Virus record (IMG/VR): IMGVR_UViG_3300025000_000057
DNA length: 64,000 nucleotides
Reading direction: 5' to 3' (one strand)
DNA from: a virus
Taxonomy: Duplodnaviria > Caudoviricetes
Of this stretch, positions 7,977-17,478 are shown one piece after another. A program made the translations under genes and the position numbers. How positions within the stretch are numbered: the first letter of the stretch is position 1; every line of letters begins with the position of its first letter. A model generated the notes under the pieces. The model was not told the DNA's origin and searched no databases. It saw only the letters and a program-made list of their open reading frames with translations.

Positions 7977-8558
7977 GGGCTCGACTGGTTTCGATGTGTT
8001 AGAGATGGTAAACTTGCCCGGACAGGTGGCGACTTACGCCAACAATATAAATGCCAAAACACCTTTACAAGCTGCTGCTTAGTCTTAGGACTGAATAGAT
8101 AAACAGCCTCAAAACATCGGAGCAAAACTCAGCTAACCGATTGAGAGTTTAAGAATTGAGTAATCCCCGGGAATGGGGTAGGAAATCTACATTCCTGTGG
8201 CTTCTGTGTAAGCCTACATCGGGCCGGGCCCGTGAATCGAAATGTGTAGAGCAAATCCTCGCAAATGTGAAGAGGTGGGAGGCGACAGTCCTGCGACTCG
8301 TAGAAGTCTAATGCTGCTAGTTCGGCATGAAGCGAAGAATGAAGGGGTATTACTGGTCATACTTGGAGCCGATAAGCTAGACCAGTTGGTGGAGGACCAT
8401 GTCCAGGATAGTTGGCAATTACTATCCACGGTGACCAACAGCCGGGGCGGTTCCGCCGTCCAGGAATGCGGCGAATGACTTACGTAATAAGTCTATTCCG
8501 GGTAGACGGTTAAGAGTAGCTAATACAGACGAGGGTTCGATTCCCTCCGAGTCCACCA
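7977..8558 (+). ncRNA. ssrA: tmRNA, unusually long (582 nt); tag (A)AKTPLQAAA
   Basis: acceptor GGGCTCG/CGAGTCC with G3-U wobble plus ACCA; T-arm GAGGG-TTCGATT-CCCTC; P2 TGTGTTAG/CTAATACA; tag codons 8053-8082 after ATAAAT. Confidence 0.92.
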
Positions 8559-8577
8559 ATATTTACCAACTAAGTAG

Positions 8578-8772
8578 GTGAAGTGTATGACAAAACGCTG
8601 TAAGTGTGGTTGCTGTCATGTACCTGATCATGGTGCATGTCAGACTTTTGAAGCGGGTATGAATGGTCGTTGCGTTTATTGTGACCATGGGATTAAGTGT
8701 CACCCGGGTAAAAAGAAAGAGCACAACACGCCACTGGGTAATTTGAGTAAGAAGATATTTACACATGAGTAA
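8578..8772 (+). CDS. Cys/His-rich small protein
   Basis: CKCGCCH...C...CVYC.H...CH; likely start 8587. Confidence 0.6.
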   Translation: MKCMTKRCKCGCCHVPDHGACQTFEAGMNGRCVYCDHGIKCHPGKKKEHNTPLGNLSKKIFTHE

Positions 8773-9025
8773 AAAGATAATCGACCTTTCGGAGGTAAAG
8801 AGATTATTAGACCTGGTTATGTCCGAAATGTATGAAACTGTAGACAAATTAGGTGAGGATGCAAGATTTAATAGTCCTCATGAAGGTTATGCTGTAATCC
8901 TAGAAGAGCTTGATGAGATGTGGGAAGCTATTAAAAAGAAAGATATATCACACTCAAGAAAAGAGGCTATTCAGGTTGCTGCAACGGCAGTACGATACTT
9001 ATATGATTTCACTGATAGTAAATGA
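8765..9025 (+). CDS. MazG-like nucleotide pyrophosphohydrolase
   Basis: ILEELDEMWE and EAIQVAA acidic helical motifs. Confidence 0.65.
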   Translation: MSKKIIDLSEVKRLLDLVMSEMYETVDKLGEDARFNSPHEGYAVILEELDEMWEAIKKKDISHSRKEAIQVAATAVRYLYDFTDSK

Positions 9026-9037
9026 GGTGATATTTAG

Positions 9038-9601
9038 GTGCCTAACGAACCTGATTATAAAAAGCTCTTCACTGAACTAAGAGCAAAAGCCGAAGCAGTA
9101 TGGAATGGATGGTCGAAAGGTTTTGACGGATCCGACCCGATGTATGAATTAAGGGATTATCTTTATACTTTGAGAAGTCCTGATGATTGTAAACATAAAT
9201 GTTCATGGCTACATGAAGGCCATTGTCCCTTTATGGTACGTATTAAGGACGAGTATTACTGTTTAGAGAAGGGCGTAGGAGAATGCGAGTCTGTTCCTAA
9301 GGGTAAATGCTGTCGTTATTGTAATGTCTATATACCTACTCCTGGTAAACAAGTATTTCCATTTCCTATACAAAGGGTGAATAATATGTCGGAACCCTTA
9401 GAGTCTTCAGAATCTTTAAGCCCCTTAGATTTATTCCTTAAAGAATTAGACCTCTTGTCGCGCCGGTGTAGTATATGGATAACCGGAGCATCTGATGCGG
9501 AACTGGTAGATGGTGAGTATAACGTTATAGCTACAGGTCTTGATAATGACGAAGATACTCAAGAATACTTCGTTGATGAAGAACTATGGAAGGAGGTATA
9601 A
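9038..9601 (+). CDS. hypothetical protein with a Cys-rich middle segment
   Basis: SD plus ORF. Confidence 0.6.
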   Translation: MPNEPDYKKLFTELRAKAEAVWNGWSKGFDGSDPMYELRDYLYTLRSPDDCKHKCSWLHEGHCPFMVRIKDEYYCLEKGVGECESVPKGKCCRYCNVYIPTPGKQVFPFPIQRVNNMSEPLESSESLSPLDLFLKELDLLSRRCSIWITGASDAELVDGEYNVIATGLDNDEDTQEYFVDEELWKEV

Positions 9602-9897
9602 GATTTATGTGGTTATTTGGAAAGAAATCTTCTAAGAAGTCTCTTATAGATGAGAAGGATAAGGTTGTTGCTACAATGACCTATGAAGAGGCTAAGAAAA
9701 TCCACCTTGCTCGTATGAAAGAAGTAATCTTTGCAAAACATGGTGGTACTGCTCAGGATATTTATGAAGCAGTTACTGAAAGCTATAATCTCTGGGAACA
9801 AATTGAAGAGAAGTACGGGTTAAATCATGTTAACGATTACTATACTATTGGTGTTACCGGTAAGGTATACCTCCGCCAAGAAAAGAAGGAGGTATAA
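9586..9897 (+). CDS. hypothetical protein (likely start 9607)
   Basis: AAGGAGG SD. Confidence 0.6.
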   Translation: MEGGIRFMWLFGKKSSKKSLIDEKDKVVATMTYEEAKKIHLARMKEVIFAKHGGTAQDIYEAVTESYNLWEQIEEKYGLNHVNDYYTIGVTGKVYLRQEKKEV

Positions 9898-10378
9898 GAT
9901 ATTGATCGTTAAAGTAGATGAGTTTTTAGCAATCCTAGATAAAGATACCCAGGAGCAAATGCTAAAACATGTTAACCAGGTAACTATGGCCTTGGTAGAG
10001 AAAAACAGAGCCCTGGGTAAGATTGACGAAGCTGTAGCTACTCATATGGAACGAATTTTAACTACTGGTTTTCAGGTAATAACTCCACCCGGTTTTAGTC
10101 GGTCTGTAAAAGAGTATGGGCCGATGGCTAAACTTGTTATGGAATTCGGAATGAAGTTATTGAAAGATCAAGGTTTTATGAGTAACTTATGTACAGAGAT
10201 TCGTAAAGATGTAGTAGGCTCATTACGAGAAACCATGGCAACAGTTGCTCAAGAGGAAGTTAATAATGTTATCAAAAGAGTTGCAAGTGGAGATTACCGA
10301 GAGGTAATACGAGCGGCTATCCAGGAAAGTCTTAGCATTACGGTAGATCATATCAAGGATAATTTATCCAAGATATAG
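9827..10378 (+). CDS. hypothetical protein (likely TTG start 9902)
   Basis: AAGGAGG SD inside the computed ORF. Confidence 0.6.
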   Translation: MLTITILLVLPVRYTSAKKRRRYKILIVKVDEFLAILDKDTQEQMLKHVNQVTMALVEKNRALGKIDEAVATHMERILTTGFQVITPPGFSRSVKEYGPMAKLVMEFGMKLLKDQGFMSNLCTEIRKDVVGSLRETMATVAQEEVNNVIKRVASGDYREVIRAAIQESLSITVDHIKDNLSKI

Positions 10379-10401
10379 TTATCATAGAAAGGGGTATTCA
10401 A

Positions 10402-10830
10402 TTGTCAAATCAAGAAGTTAATCAAGAACCCGAACTCAAACATGAAGAGCCTAATCCCGAGACGCCGGAAGAGAACAAGATTCCTGAACACATATTAAGG
10501 GCTGCCCAAGAGTTATGGCCCGTATGTGACGGTCTTTGTTTACGTCATGGGTGTGTAAACGCTGGCGAGGCTGTTATAGTTCCTATCGTAATGACTACCT
10601 TAAGCGTTGTTAATTCTTCACCAGAGATTCGTATCATGGTAGAAGAGAATAAAGAAATTGCTAATGAAACTACGCGAGAGGTCTTGGATCTTTTATCCAC
10701 TAAGAGCAATTACGGCGTTATTGATGTTGTGATAATGCTGAACTGCTTAAGTACGATACTTAAAGCCATGAGTAAGAATTCTCTAAAACCGGAAGTACCC
10801 GATACATTGCCTAACTTTAAACAAGAATGA
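10402..10830 (+). CDS. hypothetical protein
   Basis: SD plus ORF ending at a hairpin. Confidence 0.65.
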   Translation: MSNQEVNQEPELKHEEPNPETPEENKIPEHILRAAQELWPVCDGLCLRHGCVNAGEAVIVPIVMTTLSVVNSSPEIRIMVEENKEIANETTREVLDLLSTKSNYGVIDVVIMLNCLSTILKAMSKNSLKPEVPDTLPNFKQE

Positions 10831-10866
10831 TTAATAAGCCCCGTCAAAGTTGACGGGGCTTATTAA
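10831..10866. terminator. long inverted repeat, putative terminator
   Basis: TTAATAAGCCCCGTCAA / TTGACGGGGCTTATTAA. Confidence 0.6.
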
Positions 10867-10893
10867 TAGATTAAGATTAGGAGGTAAATATTA

Positions 10894-11106
10894 ATGGCAT
10901 CTAAATATCAAAAGGCCTTAGTTCGTCAACTTAAGGCTGAAGCTGATGCTTTAGCAGAATTCATGGATGAGTATACGCTAGAAGGAACACCCGTAACTGA
11001 TGACTTTGGCAATCCTATGTCAAAGGCTCAAGTTGTTCAGGCTGCTAGAGATTCTTGGAGAGAAGAAGTCAGAAAAATGGGGTTGAATCCGGAAAATATA
11101 TATTAA
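10894..11106 (+). CDS. hypothetical protein
   Basis: AGGAGG SD. Confidence 0.65.
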   Translation: MASKYQKALVRQLKAEADALAEFMDEYTLEGTPVTDDFGNPMSKAQVVQAARDSWREEVRKMGLNPENIY

Positions 11107-11498
11107 AGTATTGGTTAATAGAAAGGAGAGTACCTATGATTAAACTAACTCAACAAATTGATGTTACAACCGGTATAATCGGTCACGAGTTATATGCCAG
11201 AGGGCGTCAGATTTATATACTCTCAATTGTAAGCTCTCATGGCGCTAGTATGCTAAATGGTGTAATTATTTGTTCTGCTGAACAGGCGGGTGCTATACTA
11301 TGGGATTTATACAAAGCCGGTATTATTGGTTTTACAGTAGAAGCAGATAATCAGGACGAGGAAGTTGAACTGTGGGAGTTATTAGACAGTTACGGTATAG
11401 GAGCTGTTCCTGTAATTAGAAGTAAAGAACCTTTTAAGATAATGCATGCACGATATGAAAAGAGATGTGCTGCAATACATAGGGATTTGAATACATAA
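11055..11498 (+). CDS. hypothetical protein (likely start near 11138)
   Basis: AAAGGAG SD before MIKLTQ. Confidence 0.6.
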   Translation: MERRSQKNGVESGKYILKYWLIERRVPMIKLTQQIDVTTGIIGHELYARGRQIYILSIVSSHGASMLNGVIICSAEQAGAILWDLYKAGIIGFTVEADNQDEEVELWELLDSYGIGAVPVIRSKEPFKIMHARYEKRCAAIHRDLNT

Positions 11499-11546
11499 CA
11501 AAGGTATGATATAATATATGTAACATTGATACATAATACATAGAAG

Positions 11547-14405
11547 GTGATTTATATGATTGTACCAAGAGATTATCAGGCAGAGGCAGTACATGCGGTT
11601 AGAACACATTTTGTTAACCAGAATATCTGTCGGCAATTAGGCGTACTTCCTACGGCTAGTGGAAAGACCATTATCTTTTCATACATATTAATGGCTCGGA
11701 AAAGTAATGGCCCAGGTCTTGTGATAGCACACACTGACGAATTGCTAGGGCAAGCTCGAGATAAGATACTTCGAGTTTGGCCTCAAGCTCGTATAGGGTT
11801 AGTTAAAGCAGAAAACAATGACTGGCAAGATAAAGATGTTGTTGTTGCAAGTATCCAAACGCTATCAAAGGATAAAAGATTACAGCAATTCTCTTCTGAA
11901 TTCTTTGCTACAATCATCGTTGATGAGTGCCATCATGCCGTGGCCAGCTCGTATATTAAAGCCCTCGATCACCTTGCACCACGGGGTTCTAAAATCCTTG
12001 TAGTAGGTTGGACAGCAACCGCCAATAGAGGTGATAAATCCTCATTACGTAAAGTCTTCGATAAGATGGTCTTCTATAGAAGTGTCGACCAGATGGTACA
12101 GGCCGGCTGGTTGGTGCCGCCAATATCACAGTATGTTAATATAAACGCAGATTTCGGTAAGTTAAAAACAACAGCCGGAGACTTTAATAAACAAGAGATG
12201 GCTGATGAACTAAATACCGAAGAGAATAATAAGGATATCGTAAGAGCTTGGTGGAGATACGCCTGGACTCAAGGAAGGAAATGTACAATCTGTTTTACCG
12301 TAGACGTGAAACATGCTTATGCCTTACACCTATGGTTTACTAGGTGCCCTGGAGTAGTAGCAGAAGTAATCCATGGAGATAGTCCTGATCGTAAAGAGAT
12401 ACTCGAAAGATTCAAACTTGGTCAGATTAATGTCTTGTTAAACTGTCTTGATGAACAGACTGAAATACTAACAAGACGTGGTTGGGCTGGTATCGATGAT
12501 TTTAAGGATACTGATATGACTGCTGTATGGGATCAAGAAACAGACAAGATAACTTGGGAACCTGTTACTAATATCGTCCGTAGGAAGGTACAACCTGGTG
12601 AAAGAATGGTTACAGTCAGAAATCAGAGCTTAGATATACGAGTGACTGAAGGACACTCTATGAGAGTAGGAACTCGCAGTGGTGATTCTCCTATTTGGAA
12701 ATCAGTTAAAGCAGGTTCCTTACCAGAACAAACCAATCCTTATTATTTTCCTCTTAGTGGATATGCTGAACCCGAACAGATCAAAATGCCTGAAGTTAAG
12801 CGTCCTTCTAGTTCTATTAACCGTCAAATTAGTGCTCTATCTTACTATTATAGAAAGCAGGGTAATAGTAAAGATAAAGCTAAAGAACTCGCTACTAAAG
12901 CTGTCATGGATCGTATTAACTTTAACTATACTTCTTCTGATCAATTATCTTTAGATGACTGTAGATTCATTGGCCTATTTATAACAGACGGCCATTTTGA
13001 TAATAGCGAAGGGTATCGTGGTATTACAATAGGACAGTCATGGGTATATCCACAGCATCATCAAGAGATTAAGCGTATTCTGGAAAGTTGTGGGTTTGAT
13101 TATACTTATAATGAATCTGATAATATTAAAAGCTCTTATAAACAAGGTAGATATTGCATTCCAATAGGTAGTATAGGTGGTAAACTCAAGCGAGCTGGAT
13201 TTAAGAGGCTACTACCCTATTTAGATAAAGACGGTTCAGAATTACTGTTTAATCTGTGTAGGCAACAAGTTCAAGCTCTAATAGAAGGTATACATCTTGG
13301 AGATGGTAGTAAACATTATCATGAATATGGAGCTAATCCAAGAAAGAATCCTGGATGGGAAATATCTAAAACTAATAAAGTCCTATTTGATAAGTTACAG
13401 ATCTTATTGATATTGCGTGGCTTTCGAGCTTCTATGTCAGGCCCACGTATCCAACTTAATGGTACAAAACCCATATATACTTTGTACATTAGTGATAAGC
13501 AGTATCAATTAACGAATAATGCATCAGTTCCTACAAGTGGTGGAAATCCTGCTATCTTTGAGGATTTTATACTAGAAGAAAGAGTATGGTGTGTTACTAA
13601 TCAAACTCATACTATTATTACTCGTCGTAACGGTAAAGTAGTTATAATGGGTCAATGTATGGTGCTTACTGAAGGGTTTGACCATGAAGCTGTAGATTGT
13701 ATCTTAATAGCAAGACCTACAGTAAGTCAAGGTTTATATATGCAAATGATAGGTCGTGGATTAAGGCCGATCTTAGGCCCGGATGGTCGTGCTGACTTTA
13801 ATGCTAAGCCAAACTGTCTTGTACTCGATACCGTTGGTAACAGTGTAAACCATAAACTCGTAACTATGCCGATGGTTTATGGCGGCCAAGATTATAAGCC
13901 AAATACAACCAAGGCACGGGACGTAGCTAAACAATCCAAACCACGTAAGATTAGTCTTAAGCTCTATGGAGACTCCAGACAAGTTGGTGGTAGTGGTTTT
14001 ACAATGTTCCCATGGTTAGAGTTATCCTCAGAAGATATCGTACTTTCGTTTCCATTTAAACATCCATTTGCACTTCGGGTATGCTTTAACTTTGAGGTCA
14101 ATCAATGGCAGTATCAGCACTTCTATTACCAGGGAATGCAACCTTACGTACAAGTTAAAGCCTCTTACGATAATGCAGCTTCGGCTATTATTCAGGCCGA
14201 GGCAGATGCGGTTGTTATCGCAAGAGACCCTAAGAAACTAGCTAATGATGCTTATTGGCGTAAGAAGAAGGTCTCAGAAAAACAGAAAGAGACTTTAGCT
14301 AAGTTAAAGATAACTCTCGAAGACATAAATTCATTAACGATTGGTGAAGTAAGTGATATTATAACCAGTCATGTAATGAACCATGCAATATTACGACTAA
14401 ATTAG
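11547..14405 (+). CDS. SF2 DEAD/DEAH-type helicase interrupted by an intein
   Basis: Q-motif PRDYQ, Walker A PTASGKT, DECHH, TATANR, motif V restored as VLLN|CMVLTEGFD, motif VI QMIGRGLR. Confidence 0.92.
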   Translation: MIYMIVPRDYQAEAVHAVRTHFVNQNICRQLGVLPTASGKTIIFSYILMARKSNGPGLVIAHTDELLGQARDKILRVWPQARIGLVKAENNDWQDKDVVVASIQTLSKDKRLQQFSSEFFATIIVDECHHAVASSYIKALDHLAPRGSKILVVGWTATANRGDKSSLRKVFDKMVFYRSVDQMVQAGWLVPPISQYVNINADFGKLKTTAGDFNKQEMADELNTEENNKDIVRAWWRYAWTQGRKCTICFTVDVKHAYALHLWFTRCPGVVAEVIHGDSPDRKEILERFKLGQINVLLNCLDEQTEILTRRGWAGIDDFKDTDMTAVWDQETDKITWEPVTNIVRRKVQPGERMVTVRNQSLDIRVTEGHSMRVGTRSGDSPIWKSVKAGSLPEQTNPYYFPLSGYAEPEQIKMPEVKRPSSSINRQISALSYYYRKQGNSKDKAKELATKAVMDRINFNYTSSDQLSLDDCRFIGLFITDGHFDNSEGYRGITIGQSWVYPQHHQEIKRILESCGFDYTYNESDNIKSSYKQGRYCIPIGSIGGKLKRAGFKRLLPYLDKDGSELLFNLCRQQVQALIEGIHLGDGSKHYHEYGANPRKNPGWEISKTNKVLFDKLQILLILRGFRASMSGPRIQLNGTKPIYTLYISDKQYQLTNNASVPTSGGNPAIFEDFILEERVWCVTNQTHTIITRRNGKVVIMGQCMVLTEGFDHEAVDCILIARPTVSQGLYMQMIGRGLRPILGPDGRADFNAKPNCLVLDTVGNSVNHKLVTMPMVYGGQDYKPNTTKARDVAKQSKPRKISLKLYGDSRQVGGSGFTMFPWLELSSEDIVLSFPFKHPFALRVCFNFEVNQWQYQHFYYQGMQPYVQVKASYDNAASAIIQAEADAVVIARDPKKLANDAYWRKKKVSEKQKETLAKLKITLEDINSLTIGEVSDIITSHVMNHAILRLN
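12444..13655 (+). mobile_element. 404-aa intein with LAGLIDADG endonuclease, ending Gly-Gln
   Basis: starts CLDEQTEILT; block B VTEGH; LAGLIDADG-like FIGLFITDG and IEGIHLGDG; ends TRRNGKVVIMGQ with Cys at +1. Confidence 0.9.
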
Positions 14406-14430
14406 ATCATTTAGTAGAATGGAGGGTTAA

Positions 14431-14712
14431 ATGAACTGGTTAAAGAAATTATTAAAGATAGTAGATAAACCTAATCATCAGGTAGAGAACAAAGCTATAA
14501 AGAAAGTACAATGGGAAAAGTATGAATTCAAGGGCAAGAATAAGAACCTCTGTCCTTTTTGCGAAGGTACGTTAGTAGAGGGGCCGTATTTGAATGTAGC
14601 CTGTATTAAGTGCTTTGCCCAATTCTGTATAAGCCTATTTGGTAATGATTATGTTGGTGATGCTGATGCAGTTAGAATGAAATGGGCTTATGGATATAGA
14701 CAATCTCAATAA
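14431..14712 (+). CDS. hypothetical zinc-ribbon protein
   Basis: CPFC...CIKC. Confidence 0.6.
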   Translation: MNWLKKLLKIVDKPNHQVENKAIKKVQWEKYEFKGKNKNLCPFCEGTLVEGPYLNVACIKCFAQFCISLFGNDYVGDADAVRMKWAYGYRQSQ

Positions 14713-14748
14713 AATGAAAGCTATGGCTGAAGAACGGAGGTGCTATAA

Positions 14749-15465
14749 ATGTTCTACACAGAGATAGATCTTAATAATAGGCAGGCTATGATTTATTTCC
14801 TAAAATGTCACTTCAGGTATAACACCATGAATAGCTGGAATAGAACAACCAGTTATGCTAATAATGTCAAGCTACATAATCTGAATATACCTAAAGAGCT
14901 TATGAATACAGCCTATAAAATGCTCGAAGTGGATGAGGTAGATGACGAAATACGTAGGGCTATGCGAGAATGGGCAGCAGATCGCGATTACGTTTGGCAA
15001 GTTGGCTTTAACGGTAGAAGTAATGGCTATTTGGTATTATACCAGGGTGGTAGTAAGCGCTCAGAATACAAATCTTGCTGTGCAAATTGTGGACAGAGGA
15101 ACTTCAAGGCGGTAATGCCTAAGAATCCTACCCCGGAATGGCTGAAAGCTAATAAGGACTGGTATACCAAGGATAGTAAGTGCGGTGTTTGCGGGGCTAA
15201 TGCCAGGGTAAACTACATCAAACCTCCGCTTGAGGTATTCTCTTATTCAGGTAAGAGCGTTGATATGCATGAAGACTTCGAAGAATGGGATGATAGTAGC
15301 CTTAGAAGTCGTGTTGAACTGATTCAGGAGTTCGATAAACTATGCGACAAGTTAGCAGATATGTTTATTAATATGTGTAAGAACTATACTGTTGAAAAAG
15401 AGGTCATTATGGTTCCTAAGACAGTCATGGTCTTAAGAGCGTGTGAGACAGAGGTGGTAGAATGA
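14749..15465 (+). CDS. hypothetical protein with a zinc-ribbon insert
   Basis: GGAGG SD; CANC...CGVC. Confidence 0.7.
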   Translation: MFYTEIDLNNRQAMIYFLKCHFRYNTMNSWNRTTSYANNVKLHNLNIPKELMNTAYKMLEVDEVDDEIRRAMREWAADRDYVWQVGFNGRSNGYLVLYQGGSKRSEYKSCCANCGQRNFKAVMPKNPTPEWLKANKDWYTKDSKCGVCGANARVNYIKPPLEVFSYSGKSVDMHEDFEEWDDSSLRSRVELIQEFDKLCDKLADMFINMCKNYTVEKEVIMVPKTVMVLRACETEVVE

Positions 15466-15731
15466 ACATGATTACTATAGTCGGATGGATAGGATTTACC
15501 CTATCGATGATAGGGTATTACTTCGTAATTAAGAAGAATGTAATAGGCTTTTACGTATGGTCTATATCTAATGTCGTATTGCTTATAATAGGTATCGTAC
15601 AAAAGGATTGGCCCCAAGCGGCTTTATTCCTCTGTTACTCTATTACTAATGTAATAGGAATAAGACAATGGCGCAAGGATATCAAAGACTTTGAGCTAAA
15701 TCTATTCAGAAAGCTTAAATCATATAAATAG
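15462..15731 (+). CDS. small membrane protein, PnuC-like
   Basis: three hydrophobic segments, K.VIGFYVW..SN, ending GIRQW. Confidence 0.55.
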   Translation: MNMITIVGWIGFTLSMIGYYFVIKKNVIGFYVWSISNVVLLIIGIVQKDWPQAALFLCYSITNVIGIRQWRKDIKDFELNLFRKLKSYK

Positions 15732-15740
15732 GAGGCAGTA

Positions 15741-15911
15741 ATGCGGATTATATATACAATCGAAGATAAAGAAGACCTTGAAGGAGTTAGAGATGCTATA
15801 AACGAAGTTATGAAACGATATCCAGAGAATAGCTCAGAATGGAATAAACTAAACGAACTTTGGTGTATGACTGATAAGCTTATTCGAAACGTAGGAGGTT
15901 GTAATGAGTAA
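15741..15911 (+). CDS. 56-aa hypothetical protein
   Basis: AGGAGG SD; fills the gap between flanking genes. Confidence 0.55.
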   Translation: MRIIYTIEDKEDLEGVRDAINEVMKRYPENSSEWNKLNELWCMTDKLIRNVGGCNE

Positions 15912-16770
15912 GTTAATGTTGATTGATGGTAATAATTTATTATGCAGAGCCTATTATACACCCGGATACGCAGACCTTACACATAATGGAGCATCTGATG
16001 GTTTACCAACAGGTGCCGTATTCGGGTTTATGAAGATGTTGTCTAATGTACTTAGTTCCCGGCAGCCAAGTTACCTGGTCGTTTGTTTTGACACGGAACG
16101 CCGGTGTTGGCGTAATAACATATATCCAGAATATAAGGCTAACAGAAATGACACCCCGGAGAAATTAGTACCTCAGAAGAAGTACATTCGAGAGTGTCTT
16201 ACAGCCTTTAATATTCACTGGATAGAAAGACAAGGGTTTGAGGCTGACGATATAATAGCCTCTATCGTAGCCAATGTAGGTACTCTAGGTATCTTTGACG
16301 ATATCAGTGTACTAACAGGAGATCGTGATTTATTACAGCTTGTCAGTGATATAGTAACGGTACTTATCACTACTAAGGGAGTTTCAGAGATAGTAGATTA
16401 TACCCCTCTTAATATTGTAGAGTTATACGGCTGCCCGGCAGACCAGGTTCCGGCATTAAAAGCGCTGGCTGGAGACCATAGTGATAATATCCCAGGTATT
16501 CCATCTGTCGGTACTAAGAAGGCTGTTAAGCTGTTAGAAACTTACGGTTCCTTGGAAGGTATCTTAAGTAATATTGATACCATTCAAGGGAAACTTGGAG
16601 ACAATATGCGAGAGCATAAAGATAAGATACTTCTTTATGAAAGGATTACTACGCTATCAAAAGATTGTTCCTTACAACTTTCCATAGATTTATGGGAGCT
16701 GAATTTAACCCTTGAACGAGGTTATGCCTTATTATCTGAATTCGGTATTAAGAAAGTTCGTTTCATTTAA
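15904..16770 (+). CDS. 5'-3' exonuclease / flap endonuclease (PolA N-terminal-like)
   Basis: LIDGNNL, YKANR, FEADDII, TGDRDLLQLV, GDHSDNIPGI motifs. Confidence 0.93.
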   Translation: MSKLMLIDGNNLLCRAYYTPGYADLTHNGASDGLPTGAVFGFMKMLSNVLSSRQPSYLVVCFDTERRCWRNNIYPEYKANRNDTPEKLVPQKKYIRECLTAFNIHWIERQGFEADDIIASIVANVGTLGIFDDISVLTGDRDLLQLVSDIVTVLITTKGVSEIVDYTPLNIVELYGCPADQVPALKALAGDHSDNIPGIPSVGTKKAVKLLETYGSLEGILSNIDTIQGKLGDNMREHKDKILLYERITTLSKDCSLQLSIDLWELNLTLERGYALLSEFGIKKVRFI

Positions 16771-16989
16771 TTGGCTATACAGATTTATATAGGTATTTGC
16801 CAATGTGGTAAACCTATCTACAAACGGGGCGTAACTGGCCCAAACCCGAAGGTATGTAAGGACTGTGCTATCGTGGCTAAAAGAAAATCTAATCCTAAGT
16901 CTATAAGAGCTAAAGATAACCCGGATTACTATCGAGGTTGGCTCGCTAAGTTAATCCTAAACATTGATATGTTATATGGAGATAAATAA
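16771..16989 (+). CDS. hypothetical zinc-finger protein
   Basis: CQCG...CKDC. Confidence 0.5.
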   Translation: MAIQIYIGICQCGKPIYKRGVTGPNPKVCKDCAIVAKRKSNPKSIRAKDNPDYYRGWLAKLILNIDMLYGDK

Positions 16990-17192
16990 TGTGTGATATT
17001 AGAGCCATTCGGAGAGATAAGTGGAGGTTTGAATCCTGCATTTATCTCTCTGCTTGTATTTTAATTAAGAAGTTTGAGACTAAGTTATCCGTACCGGAGA
17101 TTAAGGTCTTATTAAGGACTCAATGCTCTCGGTGTAACAAATATGTCAAAAAGGATATAGGTGATTACCGAGCCTATCCTAGAAAAAGATAA
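16989..17192 (+). CDS. hypothetical protein
   Basis: coupled ORF with Cys pairs. Confidence 0.5.
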   Translation: MCDIRAIRRDKWRFESCIYLSACILIKKFETKLSVPEIKVLLRTQCSRCNKYVKKDIGDYRAYPRKR

Positions 17193-17208
17193 GGAGTTTT
17201 ATGAGTAA

Positions 17209-17469
17209 ATGACTATTTTAGAACATGTAAAAGGTATGCTTACAGAACATGGTATGACTAATAAACAGGTCAATCAATTAATGGAAAGTATCATGAAATC
17301 TGAGCTAAATGAAAAACTAGATATGACCGGGCGCTGGAATGATAAGACATCGGATTATCCATCGGCTATGATAAGTTATCTTACCGGAATTATTGGACAC
17401 GAAGCATTTAACTGGCTTAAAGAGAATTACCCCGAAGCTTGGTGTATTCCGTTATTTGAAGCAAAATGA
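17209..17469 (+). CDS. hypothetical protein
   Basis: SD plus ORF. Confidence 0.6.
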   Translation: MTILEHVKGMLTEHGMTNKQVNQLMESIMKSELNEKLDMTGRWNDKTSDYPSAMISYLTGIIGHEAFNWLKENYPEAWCIPLFEAK

Positions 17470-17478
17470 GGTGATATT

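Noticed and set aside
7849-8478. ORFs 7849-8082, 8242-8478 and 8214-8438 (minus)
   Set aside because: They overlap the tmRNA; the first simply ends in the tag frame, and none has a good SD or protein-like composition
8083-8496. Group I intron as the cause of the tmRNA expansion
   Set aside because: No recognisable P7 (GACTA/TAGTC) or J8/7 consensus, and the T-loop is uninterrupted; not excluded without a covariance search
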